Source: Lama glama
Taxonomy: Eukaryota
DNA: 64,000 nt
Direction of reading: 5' to 3'
Assembly: GCA_028534125.1 (NCBI GenBank)
Contig: CM052816.1
Coordinates: 19,842,001-19,906,000 of the forward strand
In this document: positions 39,642 through 53,281 of the stretch, piece by piece
Numbering within the stretch: the first letter of the stretch is position 1
Layout of the letters: each line of letters opens with the position of its first letter
Made by a program: the position numbers and the translations under genes
The notes under the pieces: model-generated
The model's database searches: none
What the model was told of the DNA's origin: nothing
Seen by the model: the letters and a program-made list of their open reading frames with translations, nothing else

Positions 39642-40960
39642 AATGCCTGTTTTTTTTTGTTTGTTTGTTTGTTTTGTTTTTAATGTTGCTGTAATAATGG
39701 CAGGTAATGAATTTTACACTTCGGATTTTTCAATAATGTACCTTTAAGTGTGTTTCTGATTTATGGTCTCCACCCCGACCCCACTGAGGCAAACCAGATC
39801 CCTTATTTCTACCTGAAGTTTGCACCATCCATATACACCATTGCCACACACACTTCATCTTTTTTTGAGATGAGTGAGAATCAAATCATAGGTTCTAGGT
39901 ACTTACCAACTCATGGGAAGAGGCAGGCTACAAAAAAAGGCTTATTTTAACACTCACTGAAACAAGGTTTCCCAGCTTGGTCCAGGCAGCCAGGGGACTT
40001 GTAGGTTCTCCAGAAGGCCTCGCAGGCTGCTGAGTAAAGCCCACATTCTCTCTTTCTGGAGGGAGCCTGAGACTTTGGTCTTCCTGACTTGAGGAGTTGC
40101 CTTGCATAGAGTCCCTCAAGAAATACTTGTTTAGTGCAGTGCTGCTTTGCTCTGAAATTCTGGTTCTTACTTTCCCCCTTTGAGTTGATGTATCTGTTTT
40201 TTACCCACCACCCCTATCCTCTTTATTTAGTACTCACTGTTAAGTATGTATCTCCAGGCATAAATACCAAGAGGGGCTTCACTGGGAGGCAGCAATGTAA
40301 GAGTCAGTCGTAGCAGGATTCACTCATTACTGCCTGGTACTAGGCATAGTGACAGAATAAGACAGTCAACCCTGCCTTAGCCTAATCCACTGGTAAACTC
40401 AGGTAGCTGAAGAGGAGAGTGGCTGTGAAATCATGGTGTCTGGGGGCAGAGAAGTGGGACGACTCTCACCCAGGGCTCAAGGCTAAGGCCAAGCAGCACA
40501 CCTTAGATGGGCCACTTCTTTGTGCAGCTTCTAGCTCTAATCTGTAGCAACCATTAGAGTGGGCCAAATAAAGAACTCAGGATCTCTGATTTATAACTTT
40601 GGATGAGCCCAAGCCTTTCCCACAGAATGGGGATCATAGAAATACCTACCACAAAGACCTATGGCAAGGATTAAGAGGTTAGAGGGCCAAGGATGGTGAT
40701 CAGTGAGACATGGTCTCTTTTCGTCAAATGTAGCCTGTCCTCTTTCCATTCTGATTATCTGTACAAATTTGTGAGGCTTAAAAAACCAAATTACAAGATG
40801 GAAAAAAATAATCGGTGATTATTCACTTTTAAAGTACATTTTCCATAGATTTCTCACCATGGATTCTATTTTCTCTATAAGATATAATGTCCCAATAAAA
40901 TAATAATACCGTGTCAGGAACATATATCCATTGCAAAGTCTTCAGTTTATATTTGAAGTT

Positions 40961-40998
40961 ATTAACTAGAGAATATTATATTATATTCTCTAGTTAAT
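40961..40998. repeat. Perfect AT-rich inverted repeat (16-bp arms, 6-nt spacer)
   Basis: attaactagagaatat (40961-40976) is the exact reverse complement of atattctctagttaat (40983-40998). Confidence 0.92.
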
Positions 40999-41430
40999 CA
41001 AAATCAAATTTTTCTGGTGCCATTTTCTAATGGGTTTTCTCTCATTATTTCCTCAGCTTAAGCTTCCTGTTTTTTCTTACCTTTACAACCTCTGTGGCTA
41101 TCCCACCTATAAAATTAATTAGTATTTTAGAATTTCATCCTTTTTCTGGAATAGTAAGTGGCATAGAAATCTAAATTACTGCATTGCAGCACTCCTTGTG
41201 GTGTAAGTAAAATGGCCCACTTTTAGATACAAAATAGGAGCTCACACCAGGTATAAGCTGTAAGCTCCTGGTCTCTTCATATACACAGTCCCGCCCAAGA
41301 TGGGGTGAGGATCAAGTGTGATCATAGGAAGGGACATGGTATGGCACTGTATTACTTACTTCACGTAATGACTAGGAGAGGATCTTATCTGTTAAAGACA
41401 TAAGTCTCAAGACCTTTTGAGAAGCAACTA

Positions 41431-41560
41431 CAGTTGACTCTTGAACAACCTATGGATTCAGCCAACTGCAGATCGTGTAGTTCTATAATAATGAATTTAT
41501 TGAAAAACATGTATAAATAAACCTGTGCAGTTCAAACCTGTATTGTTCAAGAGTAAACTA
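41431..41560. mobile_element. Tigger2-like (TcMar) miniature element
   Basis: TIRs cagttgactcttgaacaa / ttgttcaagagtaaacta flanked by TA on both sides. Confidence 0.8.
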
Positions 41561-44500
41561 TACTAATAGTATCAGGTTAGAGTGCTCAGTTAATAGCAAT
41601 GCCTTTTTGATCCAGAAACTTCTCCGGGATCCATTTGGACCTGTGGTTTACCCTATTCCATGGGCACCGGGAGGAATCGCATTAACTATCACTGCTTATC
41701 CTCTGATGCTTTGCTATCTGTAGTAAATGGCAGTGAAACTATGCAGTGTTACATCTGAAATGAGATTTATATTATCCTAAACATCAGATACCTTGTGTTT
41801 CCCAACTGTCTAGCTCTATAGTCTCCACCTGGGTGCCCTTATGTCTGAAAGGGGACTGTCATCTAGCTATCATGTCTTCTAGTCATGACTCTCATTCTTG
41901 ACTAGGGACACTTTTTGGTTCTGTAGGAATAAAACACATGTCTTAAGAGGCAAGAACTTTAGAACTTAAACAGATTTTTGGTCATAGAGAAACTGATTCC
42001 TTCAACAAGTTATCAGGTACATGCCAAAAAGAAAGTCTGCCCTCATGGATATTTTAGACACAGACACACACACTGGGGAAGAAACAGAATCTCACCTGGT
42101 TTATTTTCATTAAAATAAATAGTAATAAATAAAATAAATAAATATTTACTTAAGTGAAAAACAAGCCAGGTGAGGTTCTGTTTCTTTCCCAAAGTTTGCT
42201 CAGTTCCTTCAAAGTTACAACTCTCAGGACAAGGGGTGGCAGCATCAACTGCACTTCTCATTTTGGTTTGGAAGGTTTTCTCACAATGCCAGCAGTAGGG
42301 GCAGGGTCCTTTGCATGTGCTTCTGTCAGAAATGAAGGTGGGCCTTACTCACAGACAAAAGGACCAGCTGAGGAGGTGGGGTAACAAGACTGTGTCACCT
42401 GAACAGATTCTCTAGAAAGTAAAAGTTGAAACTATTAAGCTCCCATCAGACGGAGCTAATTCCTGTCTATTCTAGACCTGGGTATGTGAACTATAGCTTT
42501 CCTTGACAGTGCTATCAGACAAGAATGCCTCTTTAGAACATAACCCAGGTAGTCCCAGCCTAAGTCCTTCCTTTTTTCCCAGCCTAAGAACAGCAGGCCA
42601 ACAGACCAAAAATATCCTTGGATATGGCCCTTCAAGTTATTTGCCTGGGAGAAAGATGCTGTTAGGGGCCTGAGGCAGGTCTTGGTCCATCCCTGGTTTA
42701 GTGAAGGGGCAATTAACAGTAAGGTCAGCCTTGAACTTTGTGGGCCTGGTGATGCAAAGAAGCCCTTGCTTTGCTGTGAATGCTAGCACCAAAAATTCAT
42801 GCTGTTAGGGCTGCGTTTTTCTTTCCCTTTGACGTTTTCTTTTATTAAAAATGTTTAGTTATCCCTAGTAGTTGTGAACTGGTAGGTAATTCCTTCCTCG
42901 AGTTATTTCACCTCACTTGTTTCACTTTAAGTTCCAATCTTTGGTACTTATATTGTAGGTATCTGCAAAGTAGGGATGATTCCTACTTTATTGGAGGATT
43001 CAGTGGAAAACTAATGTCTGTGAAAATACTTGGCACTTAATGAGCTCCCATTGCTTCAGTCCTGCCCTATTTGCCCTTTGAGGCCAAGCCGGGAAGGTCT
43101 GAAATGTTTCAAATGAAATTTACATAAAATAAAAATAAGTACCCACAGTCACCTACCAGGTTATCCCCAGAGCTGCAAAAGGGTGGACCTAACATGTGAC
43201 TTGGTACCCATTAGATGCCAACATATCAGTAGATATGCAGCACAAATTAAGTGCCAGGCTGTCCTGGATAGAGAGCAAAAAACAGGATAGGGGAAAGAGT
43301 CAGTAGGCATCCAGCCTTGGAATCCCTGAATCTAGGGGTCTGGGGCTTACAAAGGCTGTAGATATATTCTTTGCTCCATGAACATGGCCTTTGCTCTAGC
43401 ACTGGTTGCCTGGCAGAGGGCTTGCCCTGGAGTCACACTGTAAACTGACTAGATTCTGTATCACTCTGGGTGTAAATTGTGGCCCCCAGCTGACTGGAAA
43501 CATTTGGGCTTGGACCATCACCTGCAGTCCTCATGTTCCCTTAAACCAGTTGTTTTCAACTTCTCAGGTGGTGAGAATGACTCATGCTTCCTTCTACCTT
43601 CGTGTTTACCAAATTATTTTTTTTATAACTATGTTCTACTTTTACAACAAAACCCAGAAAGCTGCTAATTAGTGTCCCCCTAACCAAAAAGAAAAGAAAA
43701 GAAAAAGGAAAGAAAAGAAAATGAAGCCTGAGAGGAAAAAAAAAAGCATCCCCCAAGGATTTGGAGCTTGGACCCTAGAGGTCCATTGCTGTCCTACTGG
43801 CCTCCTGCCCAGGCCTGTGCATATACACTGCCAGAGTTTATCTGGAAAGCAGTTCCCAGTGTTTCACTTTAAAAGTTCCAATCTGTAGTTGTTATATTGT
43901 TGCACTTAAAGCCTGATCCCTCAGACTTGGTCTTGAGAGTGTGACATGGTAATTGTGGTTTGTTCTTAAGCTGCTCTGCAAAAGGATACTCGGTCCCTGT
44001 CAAAGAACCAATGTATAAGGGCTAACAATAGCCAGGAAGGGAACTTCTTCCTAACAGATGGGTTCATCAACCTCACCACCAGGCCCCAGTACTGCCCTCG
44101 CTGATCTTTCTGGGTTACAAAAGATCCCTTGTGTCCACCTCTGGGATTGACACCGTCTTCACTCTAAAGGCAGCCTTCTAGCTGATGTTCCAGAGTCTCT
44201 ACCTGAAAGCACAGCCTTATGTGCTCATGCAGGTACAGTCCAATAACCAAAGCTCACTAAACACAGCAAGGTTTGCTTTGGAGGTGATATTCTATGGCTT
44301 TAGCTGAAGCTGATGACATGGGCTGAAGTCTCTGGATTCTTTCCTATTCTCTGTCCAGTATGGTTATCAGACCAAGAAGCCTCCTGTTCCTGTTTATCTT
44401 TGTACTAGCACCAACATAAAATCTCCCAACTCAAGTTTTGTAGAATGACTTTATATAGAGGTCAGCCAAAGAGCTGCAAGGCCCTCCGCATTTGACATTC

Positions 44501-45580
44501 TTTTGTTCAGCTGTGCGGCTATAGTCCAAGTTAGCTGGTAGGCGGTAGTATTCTTGGCGCAAGGCCTTGTTTGTAAAGGAGGAATGAAAGAGGGCTTCTG
44601 ACCGGAAGTAGCATTAAGAGGTATGTCTTAAGTGTGCTTATGTTTGCACTCTGGCTGCCCTCAAGACACCCTCCTGCATTCCAGGAAGAATGATAGCTAA
44701 ATGGTTCAGGTTGATGAAGCCTGAGGGGCTCCTTTCAGAAAGAGGGTCTGATTCCCGCTAAATAAATTCCTAACCTAGTGGCACATTAAAGATCCCAGTC
44801 TTCCAGGTTAAGCCATTAGATCAGCTGTAACATCCCCCCAAAAGACTACAGAAGCATCAAACTTGTAACCAAGACCATCACCATGTAAAGACCTCTGTAA
44901 CCAACTAAAAGATTATTTGCTTTCTCTCAGCAGAGTATACCCTATATTTAGTTTTCCCAAACATGATTCAAAAAGTCACTGGCAAACAAAAGCCCAAGCT
45001 TTAGCACTAAGTCAATGGCAGAGTTCCTGACAGTCCATGTAGGTTTCTCACCCAAGGCTGAGTCCTCCATATGACAAACAGGAAGCTTGGAGCCTTTCCT
45101 TTCAGAGCTCTTGATTTCAACCAGCAAGGAGCTAATGTTGCTGAGCTGAGAGTCACATACCCAAACAAGTTTTGTAACGGGCACATCTCATTCACCTTTT
45201 GGGCCCAATTAAAAGAGCCTTAGTCCATGCTATGAAAGGAAACTTAAAAACCTCAAGACTGACAAAATTGTTTCAAAAGCTGGAGTGATGGTGGGAAGAA
45301 ATTAAGAAAGAATGGCACACACATTTAACTGTATATTCTTTTCCAAAAGATATAAGGAAAAAAGTCATTCTTAAAAAAAAATTTGTTTCTAATGTATCTT
45401 TGCTCTATGTCATATACTAGAGTAACTAAGATAACTTATCTTTCTCCTTATCTGACAACAGCTCAGTTTTTCCCTAACTTGATGGAACTAAAGTAACAGG
45501 GCTACCATCTTGGCACAAGGCCCCTGTCCTATGATCAATTTCATTTACCTTTAATAGCTTTCCAGCTACTGACTTCTGTG

Positions 45581-45720
45581 TTCTTTTTTTGGGGGGAAGT
45601 AATTAGGTTCACTTATTATTATAAATATTATTATTATTTTTTAATGGAGGTACTGGGGATTGAACCCAGGACCTTGTGCGTGCTAAGCTCACACTCTACC
45701 ACTGAGCTGTACCCTCCACC
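45581..45720 (-). mobile_element. tRNA-derived SINE (vic-1 type)
   Basis: ggggggaagtaattagg...gaggtactggggattgaacccaggacc...ctaccactgagctgtaccctcc. Confidence 0.88.
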
Positions 45721-47146
45721 TCTTACTTTTCTATTTAGATAAATAAGCCCCATATACCAGACTCCTCTGGGACTCTGCAGTTGTAATAAACTCCAAGATC
45801 TAAAAATTTGATCCTTCTTAAAACTTGGGAGATCTAAATACCTTAGACATAACTCTAAATTGTGCTGTGAGTCCTTGGCTTCTCTCTTAAAATTTGAGTA
45901 CTAAATGAATAAACTAAGACAGGTACTTTGTTTACTGAGCACACAACAGACTTACTAAATAAGGCACGTTTAATACCTTTCTTCTCCATTACCTTCCACC
46001 TACATGAGGAAGAATTTTTTGATCAGTTCCAGAAGTTATTCACATTCACGGAACTTTTAAATTTTGGGGTATGTGTGTACAGACTCGAGGATATTTCCAG
46101 GAAGGGGAAAAACTTTGGTCTGTAAGTCAATAGTGCTTTATATCAGAGATTAGAAAGTGTTCCTATATCCAGACTTTGTTTACATCAAAAAAAAAAAAAA
46201 GGGTGGAAAGTGGTGAAACCTCTTCATTGGATAGACCCAAGTCCATACAAAACTCTAGATCAACTAAAGAATTTTCACACATTGGGATGAATATTAAGTT
46301 CAGAAGAATTTTTAAAACTAAACTCAATCTCTTACTATCTCTTAAGGGATAGTACAGTTACTGGCTAAAAGACCAGACTACCTGGGTTCAAATCCCAGCC
46401 CTACTATGTAGTAGCTGGTTGACTGTGGGAAAATCACTTGATCTGTACCTAGTTTCCTCATCTGTAACATAATAGTACCTACACCTCAGAAGATTACCGA
46501 GTTTGAAATGTGATAACGTTAAAGTGCTAGAAGAGTGCGTTGCACAGAATTTTATGTCAGAAGTATTGTTACAGAAGAATTGCATCACAAATGCACTTAA
46601 ACATGAATCCAACTTTGAACCAAAATAAATAAATTAGTTCTAGCCTCTTGCCATACTATACGTTTATAAAATTTACCTACTGTTTAAAAGTAAACATACT
46701 TTTTGTATGATACAGCTTTGTAAATTGAAGGTTTGTATCTGGTACTTAACCAAAAAAATAGGAGTCTGTTACAACCCAAGGCTGAGGAAGAAAAACGGTA
46801 AGGAGTATTTGAGATGGAACATTCCTAAAAATTTTCTCCAGTAGAAATGTGTACTGGATATGAATTTTATGCACGTGTTGAATTTAGGAGTTAAAGCTCA
46901 CTAACTTCCTGCAAAGTGATTTAACTTCCTTATAATTTTCTATCAATACTTGAAATATTTCAGTTTTAAATAGGGAAAGGAAGCAAGTTAAGGATAAAAA
47001 TGGATTTTGAAGTCATATCCAAATAGCACTTAATGAAATAAGAATGTGGACTCTACTACTGCATATTGAATCTAAGAATCTGTCACTGGAGGAAATTATC
47101 TAGCAACTGTAATTTGTTTTACAGCTTAATATAAAAGTGTCACACA

Positions 47147-47818
47147 TTTAATATGACCAAAATTACCTTTAAATAAAGCGTCTTTTGCGGGGCGCCATAA
47201 TTCCAGTGAGTAAACCTTCGTTCTATCAAATGTTCCCTAAGATCATACATTCAACTCCAAAACTTCCTAAGTATTAACTTTTAAAGGGAAACATCAGCAC
47301 TTATCCTTCAAGTGTTAAACTTTGCTTAATAAATAGAACCTAAAGCTATTGCCATACTACAGTCCTCCAGTAGAGAAGAAATTGGTCTTACAATAGAGGA
47401 AAAGCTGTTAGCTTACTAAGCTAGTATGAGTGTGACAAGAAACTCTTGGGTTAATGAAATAGCTGCTTTAACTACTAGAAAGACTACACAGGTGGTTCAA
47501 CAGAATTTACTTGTATATTTTTCATTTTCTATACTACTTGAAGGCATAGGATAGCTTTGTATTAGCTTTCTACAATACGGTGTTTTAAATTTATCCAGTA
47601 AACTAAGATGCAGTACAACTTTTTTATACAACTTAGGAGATTAAAAAAAAAATCTCCACAAGAGAAAGCAACTCAGCAGGCCCTGGTATTAAAACATTTT
47701 CCCAGAATAAACAGATATGTAATTGCATTAAAAGGCAGTTTTCAAATATTTTAAGTACACCAAGATTTCTTCCAAATATCTGCCTTGCTCAAACCAATGC
47801 AACCAACTGTTGTTTATT
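47147..47818 (-). terminator. Candidate tandem UBE2B polyadenylation signals (AATAAA 47813-47818; ATTAAA 47147-47152)
   Basis: Plus-strand TTTATT and TTTAAT hexamers about 0.9 and 1.5 kb past the stop in an AT-rich stretch with no recognisable repeats; which site is used cannot be read from sequence. Confidence 0.45.
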
Positions 47819-48689
47819 ATTAGTAGTGGGGCATGGATTTTTGGTAAATGTTTCTGGTTTTACTTTCTTATCAAAAATCTTTTAAAGTGCTATCAAGCAG
47901 CAAAATAAGTTGCATCAGCTCTCTGCTTACAGTAGAGGTGCCAATTCCTCATGGTGGAGGTGCAAATTGTGAAATCACAAAAGGTACAGTTTAACAGTAA
48001 GTAGTGCATGAAGAAACAGTAACAAGTGGCCTAAATACAGAGTTAGACAGAATCAAATCAATTATGTCTATAATTGCTCAATTGAAACTAATATAGGTAC
48101 ATTCAAAATAAAGCTTGAGATTATAATTGATGTTCAGAATCAAATTCGAAGAATTTCTTGATAAAATATAAATCTGTTCTTTTGAAATTGGAAATGAAAC
48201 TATCAACTGATAGAGAGCTAGAGACTTATTAACCCCTCCTACATAGATAAGGAAATAAGTGACAAAGTCTCTTGCACTGAAGTTATGTATTTTAACAGCT
48301 TTACATGTAATATTCATATATAAAAAACTTTAAGTGCTTTTCTCCAATTTAAAAATCTAAAGAATTAAAAAATAAGGCATTCAATATTTGAAAAAAGTAC
48401 AGATTTACAAAATGTGTATATTCTGTCATGAAAACTCCACACCAACATTATACACTTGGAAAAAAATACAAACAGGATATATTACAAATTTATGTAAGCA
48501 ATAACTTAGTTCACACCATGCAATAAAAAGTACATTAATCAAGATACACAAGCTTTTGTAGGTTCTAAACTGAAGGACTTTTTTTCTGCAGAATCCTCAA
48601 AACCTGTGGCACTTAAATTTGTTAGCCTTTCTACTGAGAGGTAAATTATACACAACAATGATGAAAAAGATTAACAGACCAGTTGTCTA

Positions 48690-48818
48690 TTATGAATCAT
48701 TCCAGCTTTGTTCAACAATGGCCGAAACTCTTTTCTCATATTCTCGTTTGTTTTCCTGATAAAGCTGTGCTGCCTGGCTATTGGCTGGACTGTTTGGATT
48801 TGGTTCATCCAGCAGAGA
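48690..48818 (-). CDS. UBE2B: UBE2B coding exon 6 (129 nt to stop)
   Basis: ctttctag|TCT...; [45 protein letters not shown], followed directly by TAG. Total CDS 44+81+26+90+89+129=459 nt = 152 aa plus stop. Confidence 0.97.
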
Positions 48819-49923
48819 CTAGAAAGAGAGAAGAAAAATGATTTTATAGAGTTATTCTTCATATTAACGTGTCAGATATAAACCATATAAGTTATATAAA
48901 ACAACAGTAATTATTCAATAAATATAGAAATGAGTATGTCTTACATATTTTTAGGTCTAATACTTTCAGAAATGACTTGATTAAAGACAGCAGCAAGTTT
49001 CCTGTTGCTAGAGAACTTAAGCTTTCAAAACAGATAGCTCTCAATTGCTTTAAGACTGCTAATTTCAAGGAAACTGGAAAAGAATATTCTTCAGCATACT
49101 AAGATATTAACCAGGAAATAAACAGCTTGATCTGATTAATATGTAATATTTATAAACAGCTTAGAGCAACTCACATTTTTCAAACTTAAACTTATTATTG
49201 TGATAGGTTTGCAAACGTCTGACAGTAAGTTGGGTAGTATGTCTTGTTTCTTTTAATCAACAAAACATTTGCATCTAGCAGCAAGGGAATGTAAGAGGAA
49301 GGCTAAATACAATGTTTATAAGATGACCCAAATTAAAGCAGAAGTGTGAGAAAAAGCTTTTAAAAGGTCAAAAATCAAAATGTTACTTCTGCTCCTCTCA
49401 GATTCACATAATTAAAACATCCCTCACTCCACCACCCCACAAAACTATTACTCAAGGTCAACTCTGAAATACTCTGCCAGAGTGCTTTGGCGAATACTTA
49501 TATTACCTTTGTTTAAAATAGAATTTCTTGGATGGGCAACATACTCAATGCTTCTCTGCATCTGGCTTTTCTCCCTATGGTTTTTCTAAGCAGTCATCTT
49601 TATCTATTTCCAAGAAGATTTTTCATTCTTCTCCACAACCTCTGGCTATGCTTTGTGGGCATGAATAATACTTGACTTGTGAGAACACTCTACTTACACA
49701 TGATCAGGAAAATGATTATAGATTTAATCTAATGTGGTCACTAACAAAAAAGTAGGCAAGCCTGACATCTGAAAATCAGGAGTTTTTGTCTGAGCTTTGC
49801 CACTGGTTCTCTTGGTGCTGGGAAGGTTAGTTTCCTTCACTTGGCCTTTAAATTGCTCCTAAAGAAGCCAACTGTATGCCACAGAATCCTGAAAAATTAT
49901 GATGCATCCTATCACATGCTTAC

Positions 49924-50012
49924 CTGAATTGATGTTAAGATAGACGAGACATCATATGTTGGACTCCATCGATTCTGAAGGATATCTAAACATATGCTAC
50001 CATCCGCATACA
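49924..50012 (-). CDS. UBE2B: UBE2B coding exon 5 (89 nt), catalytic cysteine
   Basis: tttgcag|TG...CAG|gtaagc; [30 protein letters not shown] with the active-site Cys (ICLDIL). Confidence 0.97.
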
Positions 50013-51384
50013 CTGCAAAGACAACACTAAAATTGATTATATATTAACTTTGTCATATCTAACAGATAAACAGAAATTTTTACCACAAGAGAATGCTGGC
50101 CCAGTGAGAAGTCTTGAACATTAGTCAATAACTAAACTTTCTGTCTCACAGGAAAACCAGTCTGAAACTAAGGACTTTTTGTGTACCTTTCATTAGGAGG
50201 CCGAGTGAGAGTTAAATTTTTTCAACACATACCATATAGCGAATCTGTTTAAATTCCACATTTCTAAATATTTTAAAATAAAGCTCTTGGAGGAAAAAAA
50301 GCTTATTTTCTGACACAGCAATTCTACTCCCAGAAATTATTCCAAAAGTAATTATCACGAACATGTAAAGTTTTATTTATAGGATGTTCATCATAATACT
50401 ATACACAGGAGTGAAAAATCAGAACCTACCTTGTGGTCTACAGTGAGGGGACTGACTAACTAATGTTACAGCCATACAACCAATATCAATGTAGCCACCA
50501 GAAATGATATACAGCTACTATATGTTAACTAACTTAGAATGACATCCCCAGTATATTACATTAGTAAGCTTCCAATTATTTACATAATGTAATTGCATTT
50601 TTTGTAAAGAATTATATATTAATATTTTCATTTGAAGTACATATTCAGTCAAAAACATTTATAAGACTAAACGCCAAAATGTTAAGTAGTACATATCTGA
50701 AAAAGATTATTAAGGATCTTATTTTCTTTACCTTTTCTTATACTTTATGATTTGTTTTTATAATAACTATGCATTCCTTTCATAACAAAAAAAAATAAAG
50801 TGATTACTGCTTTAAAAGTCTGTAACATTTGGGAGGCTTTTTTTCCCTCTTGAAATGATTATGTGAAAATATAAATAATGAATGTAAGTTTTATCCACTT
50901 GCCAGATTATGTATCTGTATGATAAATTTCCAGAAGTAGAATTGCTGTGCTGACAAAGGATAAATGCATTTAAATGTTATAAATACTGCCCAATTGCGGA
51001 AAGCTTCATGAAGCAAGCCAGATCACTCTACATAAATAAGGAATAAGTGAGGCCTTTTGTGGAGGAGAAGGCAAATTACTCTTAAGTACTGTCATTCCTC
51101 AGAGATCTATCCTCAGTCCTCTTCCTTCTTACCCTTTATATACCCTGGGCAATTTATTCATGGCCTCAGTTACTATCTATGTACTAGGTTCTTCCAATTG
51201 TTAGCTTTAGACCACATTTAACTCTCAGCTTTAAGGCAGTGAAGTCAAATGCTTACTGTATAGCCCATAGGAACATGAAACTTACCAAGTCCAAAGCAAA
51301 AATCATCACCTCTGTTAACACCCATAAAGGTGTAAAATGATTTTAAAGTTTTGAGGCAGTAACTATTTTTGAGAAGTAATCCAA

Positions 51385-51830
51385 AAGTAAACTTGAAACT
51401 AAACATCCATTAACTGATGAACAGATGAACAAAATATAGTATACCCATACAATGGATTATCATTTAGCAATAAAAAGAAATTAAGTACAGACGTGCATTA
51501 CAACATGGATGAATCTGAAAACTATGCTAGCTGAAAGAAGTCAGTCACAAAGGACCATATATATTATGTAATTTCATTTACATGAAACATCCAGAATAAG
51601 CAAATCTACAGAGACAAAACAAATCAGCGGTTGCCTAGGGCTGGGAGGCAGAGGGGCTGGGGAGTGACTGGTAACAGGCATGGGATTTTTGGGGGGAGGG
51701 AGATAAAAAAGTTCTAAAGTTGATCATGGTGATGGTTGCACAACTCAGTGAATACACTAAAAACCACTATATTGTACAACTTGGGTGAGTAGCAGAGTAT
51801 GTGAATATTTTAAAAAGATGTTTTAAAAAA
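51385..51830 (+). mobile_element. L1MB-type 3' end in UBE2B intron 4 (antisense to the gene)
   Basis: caacatggatgaatctgaaaac...gaaagaagtcagtcacaaaggacc...ggtgatggttgcacaactc.gtgaatacactaaaaaccact. Confidence 0.8.
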
Positions 51831-53191
51831 GCAAATTAGGAAGTTAACTAATTAAGTACTGACAGTGGAAAAAAGGGAAACCATGCTATTAATGTGAAGG
51901 GATAAAAAATTAATCTAATAAGGTTTCCTTATAAATCTGTTAAGGTTGAAAATCCTACACCTATACACATAGATACTGCACATTCTCTACAATCTTTTCT
52001 ACCTTGATTTACAGAGCCCTGCAACTACAATTTGGGTTGATTCAATAACAAGTCTAAGCCAGATAAAGCTACAATAGAATAATGGTTAGTTGCTTGGGAA
52101 TTTCCCCAAAACAGAAACAGAAAATTAAACCTGCGTTGGCTTGGGGCGGGGGAGGGGGACCTGTAAAGAAAAAGCAACTTCACAGCAATAAAGCACAAAG
52201 GCTACATTTATTATTGGGAAGTCACCTGGATTCCAGACACATGAACACACTTCTCCTCTGAGTAGGGAGCTCTCTGCTTGTAGCTAACTCACATAGCCAG
52301 CACTGCTAGACTAGATGCACAATCAAGAGTACCTCTGAAAATGTTCCTCCTGAGAGTAAATCAACTGATGGGGAAGACCACATTTAAATGAGCAAAGGTT
52401 ATAAAAGGAAGATCTTAAATATTTTGGAAAATAAGTCTTTCATATAGTGACTTAAATCCAGGAATATAAAAGTATTAGAAGCATATGGCAAGAAGTCAGG
52501 GAAGAGCAAATTTAATTACAAAAGAGTCACCCTCAGCAATCGTTTGTGGAAAAAAGTAATAAACTTTTAAAAGTAAAAATAGGAATGAAAGGGGGAAAAG
52601 TGGAAAACTGTATCTAAAAAAAGCCTTAAAAACATACAAACCTTTGACCTAGTAATTCCACTTATAAAAACTTATTCATGGGTATTTGAGAAGATTTACT
52701 TTCAAGAACATTCATTGTGCTGTTTAAAACTGTAAACAATTGAAAATCACCAAATGGACAAAGAGTAAATAAACTATGGTAAACTCATATGTCAGAACGT
52801 TTTACAACCATTACGAATGATACAAAAGATTATTTACTAAGGGAAAATGTTCATAGTATATATAAAAATTACTTAACTTTACATACAATGTGATCTCAAT
52901 TTTGTACATTTATTTGTATTTTTTTAAAGCTAAATTTTAAGCTACAAATTCTTTTTGGTGACTTTCACATTTCTACATACAAACAGAAATTAAAATCAGA
53001 AGTTATTAAAAGAAAACTGTACTTCAAATTTGGAACCTTGGTAAGATTCCAGACTACAAAAGTATGGCCAGTGTTGACATGGAAACAACATCTAGAAGAG
53101 GGTCCTCATAATAAGTATGAGCAAGACCTACAAGGACGAAACAAGTTTTTTTCCTCCTATCATTTGCAAAGTCTATTAAGTTGCTACTTAC

Positions 53192-53281
53192 CATTTGGAT
53201 GAAACATTTTGGATAAAAACCTAACAGTTGGCGGTTTATTTGGATATTCTTCAGAAAATTCTATTACTAGTTTAAAAGTAC
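53192..53281 (-). CDS. UBE2B: UBE2B coding exon 4 (90 nt)
   Basis: tctag|G...AATG|gtaagt; [30 protein letters not shown] including the E2 HPN motif. Confidence 0.97.
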
